This document shows, piece by piece, positions 59,338 to 64,000 of a stretch of 64,000 nucleotides of DNA (positions within the stretch are counted from its first letter, which is position 1; every line of letters begins with the position of its first letter). The notes under the pieces are model-generated. The model made no database searches. It was not told the origin of the DNA and saw only the letters and a list, made by a program, of their open reading frames with translations. The position numbers were made by a program, and so were the translations under genes. Origin of the DNA: Centroscyllium fabricii (Eukaryota); contig JBNRSN020000045.1 of assembly GCA_051313645.2 (NCBI GenBank), positions 3,224,001-3,288,000 on the forward strand. The letters run 5' to 3'.

Positions 59338-60985
59338 CGAGCTGCAGATTAGCCACAATCTTACTTTGGTGGGACAGGCTGGAAGGGCTGAATGGCCTCC
59401 TACATCAAGCAATGTTTGTGCATCTCTTCTCTGTTCAGGGACACCCAGCTCAGGTTTTATTTCCCTGTACACTGATGGGGGTTGGGGAACACCTTCCTGC
59501 AGTGAGGAGTACGTCTGGAGCTGGGATCATACTGTGCACAAAGGGCGGCACGATGGCACAGTGGTTAGCATTGTTGTCTCACAGCACTGGAGACCCGGGT
59601 TCAAATCCGGCCTCGGGTACTATGTGTGTGGAGTTTGCACATTCTCCCCGTGTCTGCGTGGGTTTTCTCCAGGTGCTCCGGTTTCCTCCCACAGTCCAAA
59701 GATGTGCGGGTTAGGTTGATTGGCCAATGTAAATTGACCCTTAGTGTTAGGGGGATTGAATAGGTGGGGTTACGGGGATAGGGTGGGATATGTGTCGGTG
59801 CAGGCTCGATGGAAATCGAGGGATATGGGGAGAGGGCAGGGGCGGGGTACTGGGTTTCGATGATCAGCCATGATCTCATTGAATGGCGGAGCAGGCTCGA
59901 AGGGCCGAATGGCCTACTCCTGCTCCTAGTTTCTATGTTGGGAATGCCAGGCAGCCTCTGCATGTCTCCAGCTCTTATTCCACGTCTGCCCCTTTGATCT
60001 CTAACCCCCGCCCCCCACCAATCAGTCTCTCTCTCTCTCCCCCTCCTTTATCCGCAGGCTTCTCAATCTCTGTCCGATTAGGTTCCAGCCACTCATTATG
60101 CAGCCACCGAGGGATCGGTGGGCGGGCGACAGTCATTTTGTGTTTGGTGCAGGGCGGGGTGTGGGGTGGGGAGTGTTTGTGTTTCTCTGGTCATGAATTA
60201 AACTAAATTACAAGGAGTCGTCAGTTGGAGCCACAGCAGGTAAGTGAGTCACACAAGGGGCAAAACAGAGTTTCACCAGCAGTGGGGAGGGAGATTGACA
60301 GGGCTGGGCGGGGGGATTACACATGGATGGAGATATATGGGGAGTTCGCGGGGGGGGGGGGGGGGGGAAGCAGTTCGGGGGGTTGGGGAGCTGCAGATTA
60401 GCCACAATCTAACTTTGGTGGGACAGGCTGGAAGGGCTGAATGGCCTCCTACGTCAACCAATGTTTGTGTGTCTCTTCTCTGTTCAGGAGTCAGGGACGC
60501 CCAGCTCAGGTTTTGTACCCTGTACACTGATGGGGGTTGGGGAACACCTTCCTGCAGTGAGGAGTACGTCTGGAGCTGTGTTCGTACTGTGCGTAAAGGC
60601 TGGGAATGCCAGTCAGCCTCTGCATGTCTTCATCTCTAGCTCCACGTCTGCCCCTCTTGATTTCTCTCCCACCCCCCACCACCTCACTCTCTCTCCCTCC
60701 TGTATCCGCAGGCTTCTCAATCTCTCTCCAATTAGGTTCCAGCCACTCATTATACAGCCAGCGGCGGGCGGGCGACAGCAATTTTGTGCTTGAAGGGGAG
60801 GAGGGGGGGTGGGGGGGGGAGTGTTTTTCAGTGTTTGTTTCTCTGGACATGAATTAAACTTAATTACAAGGAGTCGTCGTTTGGAGCCACACCAGGTAAG
60901 TGAGTCACACACGGGGCAAAATAGAGTTTCACCAGCAGTGGGGAGGGAGATTGACAGGGTGGGGCAGAGATTATACATGGATGGA
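59338..60985 (+). repeat. Diverged ~600-bp tandem duplication (59338-60335 and 60388-60985)
   Basis: Both copies start GAGCTGCAGATTAGCCACAATCT and end ...TTAYACATGGATGGA. The first copy carries an extra SINE. Confidence 0.85.
59543..59939 (+). mobile_element. Full-length HE1/V-SINE-type SINE
   Basis: tRNA head, V-domain and CR1 tail. The empty site is visible at about 60595-60610. Confidence 0.92.
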
Positions 60986-61279
60986 TAAAGAGGGAGGGTG
61001 CGGTCCGAAACAGGGTGGGCACTGTGCAGTTTCACCAAGGTGGAGAGGGGAGGAGTTAGGGGGAGAGATACAGGGAGGAGTGTACAGGGAGACTGGGCCA
61101 TTATAGAAGGGTAGTTATTGAACAGGAGTAGGATATGGGTGGATTATACAGGGGGGACAGGAGTTAGCCACGGGTAATTATACAAGTGGGGAAGTCACAC
61201 GGGGAATAAGCTGGACATTTCAAAGCGGGGGAAACTTTAGGTGAAATTTCAAGGTGGGGGTAACTTCACAAGGTATGCA

Positions 61280-62752
61280 GGGGAGAGCAGTTCGAGGCGG
61301 GGGAGCAGGTCGGGGGGGGAGCAGATCAGTGAGGGGGAGCAGGTCGGGGGAGGAGCAGGTTGGGGGGTGGAAGCAGGTCGGGGGGAGGTTCATGGGAGCA
61401 GGGAGCAGTTCGGGGGGGCGGTTAACGGGGGGAGCAGTTCGGGGGGGTTCACGCGGGGAGCAGTTCGGGGGCCGGTTCACAGGGGGGGAGCAGTTCGAGG
61501 GGGTCAGTTCACGGGGTGGGGGGAACAGTTCGGGGTCCGGTTCACGGGGGGGGGGGAGCAGTTCGGGGGCGGTTCACAGGGGGAGCAGGGAGCAGTTCGG
61601 CGGGGGGGAGCAGTTCGAGGGGGGCGGCTCACGGGGGTGGCGGTTCAGAGGGGGGGCATTTAAGGGGGGGGACCAGTTCGGGGGGTAGCATGTCGGGGGG
61701 GGGGGCGGGGGGAGCATTTCGGGGGGGGCAGCAGTTCATGGGGGGAGCAGTTTGGGGGGGCTGTTCACGGGGGGAGCAGTTGGGGAGGCAGTTCACGGGA
61801 GGAGCAGGGAGCAGTTCGGGGGGGGTCGGTTCACGGGGGTAGCAGTTTGGGGGGGAGCAGCTCGAGGGGGGCACTTCACGGGGGGGAGCAGTTCGGGGGG
61901 GACGGCTCACGGGGGAAGCAGTTCGGGGGGGGCGGTTCACGGGGTGAGCAGGGTGTTCGGGGGCACGGTTCACGGGGGGAGCAGTTCGGCGGGGGCGGTT
62001 CACGGGGGGGGAGCAGTTCACGGGGGGGACGGCTCATGGGGGGAGCAGTTCGGGGGGGGCGGTTCACGGGGCGAGCAGGGTGTTCGGGGGCACGGTTCAC
62101 GGGGGGAGCAGTTCGGCGGGGGCGGTTCACGGGGGGGAGCAGTTCACGGGGGCAGCAGTTCGGGGTGGAGGGGATTCACGGGGGGAGCAGTTCACGGGGG
62201 GAGCAGTTCGGGGGGGGACGGCTCACGGGGGGAGCAGTTCAGGGGGGACGGCTCACGGGGGGAGCGGTTCACGGGGGGAGCAGTTCGGGGGGGCGGGTCC
62301 CGCGGGGAGCAGTTCGGGGGGCGGTTCATGGGAGCAGTTCAGGGGTGGAGGGGATTCACGGGGGGAGCAGTTCAGGGGGGAAGGCTCACTGGGGGAGCAG
62401 TTTGAGGTGGGCGGTTCATGGGGGGAGCGGTTCAGCGGGGGCGGTTCATGGGGGGAGCAGTTGGGGGGGGCGAGCAATTTTGGGGGTGGCGCGGTTCACG
62501 GGGGGAGCAGTTCGGGGAGCGGTTCATGGGGGGAGCAGTTCAGGTGTGGAGGGGATTCACGGTGGGGGAGCAGTTCACAGGGGGAGCAGTTCGGGGGGAC
62601 GGCTCACGGGGGGAGCAGTTTGAGGGGGGAGCGGTTGGGGGGGGCGCGGTTCACCGGGGCGGTTCACGGGAGAGCAGTTCAGCGGGGGCGTTTCACCGGG
62701 GGGGGGGGGGAGTTTTATATGGGGGGGGAGCATTGGGGGGGGGGGGGTTCCT
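61280..62752 (+). repeat. G-rich degenerate repeat (GGGGGGAGCAGTTC / GGGGGCGGTTCAC)
   Basis: Dense G4-G10 runs over about 1.5 kb. Confidence 0.9.
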
Positions 62753-62754
62753 CC

Positions 62755-62905
62755 GGTAGGGAGGCATCGCCGGTCGGGGGGCTGGTGTTTCTGCACTTGT
62801 AGTCCGTGATGGACTGTATGCCTTGCCACATATCTCGAGGGTCCGAGATGTTGTGAAAGTGTTCCTCTATCTTCAGTGTCTGATTTTGTTTGGCATACCT
62901 GATAC
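62755..62905 (-). mobile_element. Rex1/Babar-like non-LTR fragment fused to the end of ZNF E
   Basis: Minus strand translates [36 protein letters not shown]...GDASLP, resembling the Rex1 pre-RT linker (MWQG...ITDYK). Confidence 0.65.
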
Positions 62906-63137
62906 CAGTCTCTCCCCAGTGTGAACTTGCTGGTGTTTCAACAGGTCAGATGACTGAATGAATCCCTGCCCACACACGGAGCAGGTGAACAGCCTCTCCC
63001 CAGAGTGAACTTGCTGGTGTTTCAACAGGTCAGAAGACTGAATGAATCCCTTCCTACACACAGAGCAGGTGAACGGCTTCTCCCCAGTGTGAACTCTCTG
63101 GTGTCTCAGCAGATATTCTTTTCTTTTAAATCTCTTC
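62906..63137 (-). pseudogene. Out-of-frame remainder of ZNF E (about 3 fingers)
   Basis: [28 protein letters not shown]... lies in the shifted frame. GACTGAGAAG here versus GACTGTGAGAAG elsewhere implies a 2-bp deletion. Confidence 0.8.
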
Positions 63138-64000
63138 TCAGTCAGAACATTTAAAAGGTCTCTTATCGGTATGAACAAGCTCGTGTGTCCGCAGTTGGGA
63201 TGAGCGAGTGAATCGCTTCCCACAGACGGAACAGGTGAATGGCCTCTCCCCAGTGTGAGTGCGCTGGTGTACAGTGAGGGCAGATGATCGCCTGAACCCA
63301 GTCCCGCAGTGAGAGCACCGGAAGGGTCTCTCGTCAGTGTGAATTCGCTGGTGTAGTTTCAGCTCCTCGGAGCTTTTAAAGCTCTTCCCACAGTCAGGAC
63401 AGTTAAACGGCCTCTCATCAGTGTGAACAAGCTGGTGTCGCTTCAGCTTTGCATGGCTTTTATAGCTCTTCCCACAGTCAGGACAGATAAACGGTCTATC
63501 ATCAGTGTGAACAATCTGGTGTCGCTTCAGCTCCTCAGGGCTTTTAAAACACTTCCCACAAACAGGGCAGTTAAACGGCCTCTCATCAGTGTGAACAAGC
63601 TGGTGTCGCTTCAGTTCATCAGGGCTTTTAAAACTATTCCCACAGTCAGGACAGTTAAACGGTCTCTCATCAGTGTGAACAAGCTGGTGTCGCTTCAGAT
63701 TCTGGGGGATTTTAAAGCTCTTCCCACAGTTAGGACACTTAAATGGTTTCTCACCAGTGTGAACTCGCTGGTGTGTTTGCAGTTTGGATGAACAAACAAA
63801 TCCCTTTCCACACACGGAGCAGGTGAGCGGACTGTCCCTGGTGTGGCTGCACCGTTGAACTTCTATTGCAGACGGGGAACTGAATCCCTTCCCGCCGTCC
63901 CCACCTTTACCCGGTTTCTCCCCGGTGTGACGGTGCACGTGTCTCGCCAGGTCAGGCAATCGGCTGAATCCGCGTCCACACACTGAACACGTGTGCGGTT
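63138..64000 (-). CDS. C2H2 zinc-finger protein E (start outside the window), paralogue of A; 9 intact fingers before a frameshift stop
   Basis: Finger 1 [18 protein letters not shown] is identical to gene A, with the same GKGGDGGK dead finger. It ends FKCSD*. Confidence 0.8.
   Translation of the reverse strand, partial: PHTCSVCGRGFSRLPDLARHVHRHTGEKPGKGGDGGKGFSSPSAIEVQRCSHTRDSPLTCSVCGKGFVCSSKLQTHQRVHTGEKPFKCPNCGKSFKIPQNLKRHQLVHTDERPFNCPDCGNSFKSPDELKRHQLVHTDERPFNCPVCGKCFKSPEELKRHQIVHTDDRPFICPDCGKSYKSHAKLKRHQLVHTDERPFNCPDCGKSFKSSEELKLHQRIHTDERPFRCSHCGTGFRRSSALTVHQRTHTGERPFTCSVCGKRFTRSSQLRTHELVHTDKRPFKCSD

Noticed and set aside
61220-62829. Gly/Pro-rich ORFs
   Set aside because: These are low-complexity G-run translations in all frames.

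Overview
This is eukaryotic vertebrate DNA, most likely a cartilaginous fish (shark), inferred from HE1/V-SINE-type and Deu-type SINEs, abundant CR1 LINEs and short-leader ZNF arrays. The window is a transposon-dense cluster of C2H2 zinc-finger genes with no visible KRAB/SCAN/BTB domain. It holds three genes on + (10914-12803, 15860-16645, 38894-39823), two on - (55007-54303 and a frameshifted one running off the right edge) and several relics. The - genes are inverted paralogues of the + genes. Between them lie nested CR1 and L2 LINEs, SINEs, Harbinger- and hAT-like non-autonomous elements, two solo LTRs, a Neptune-type Penelope-like element (PLE) and many minisatellites, several cut from LINE coding sequence. 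The best leads are (1) short palindromic non-coding PLE derivatives carrying two oppositely oriented minimal hammerhead ribozyme motifs with target-site duplications, (2) a 5S-rRNA-headed SINE with an apparent Rex1/Babar-type tail, (3) an intronless NECAB2 C-terminal retrocopy just behind a promoter-like element, and (4) ZNF genes with TE-supplied C-termini and a conserved Cys-to-Gly dead finger. All family assignments come from recognising motifs by eye, not from database searches, and repeat boundaries are approximate.
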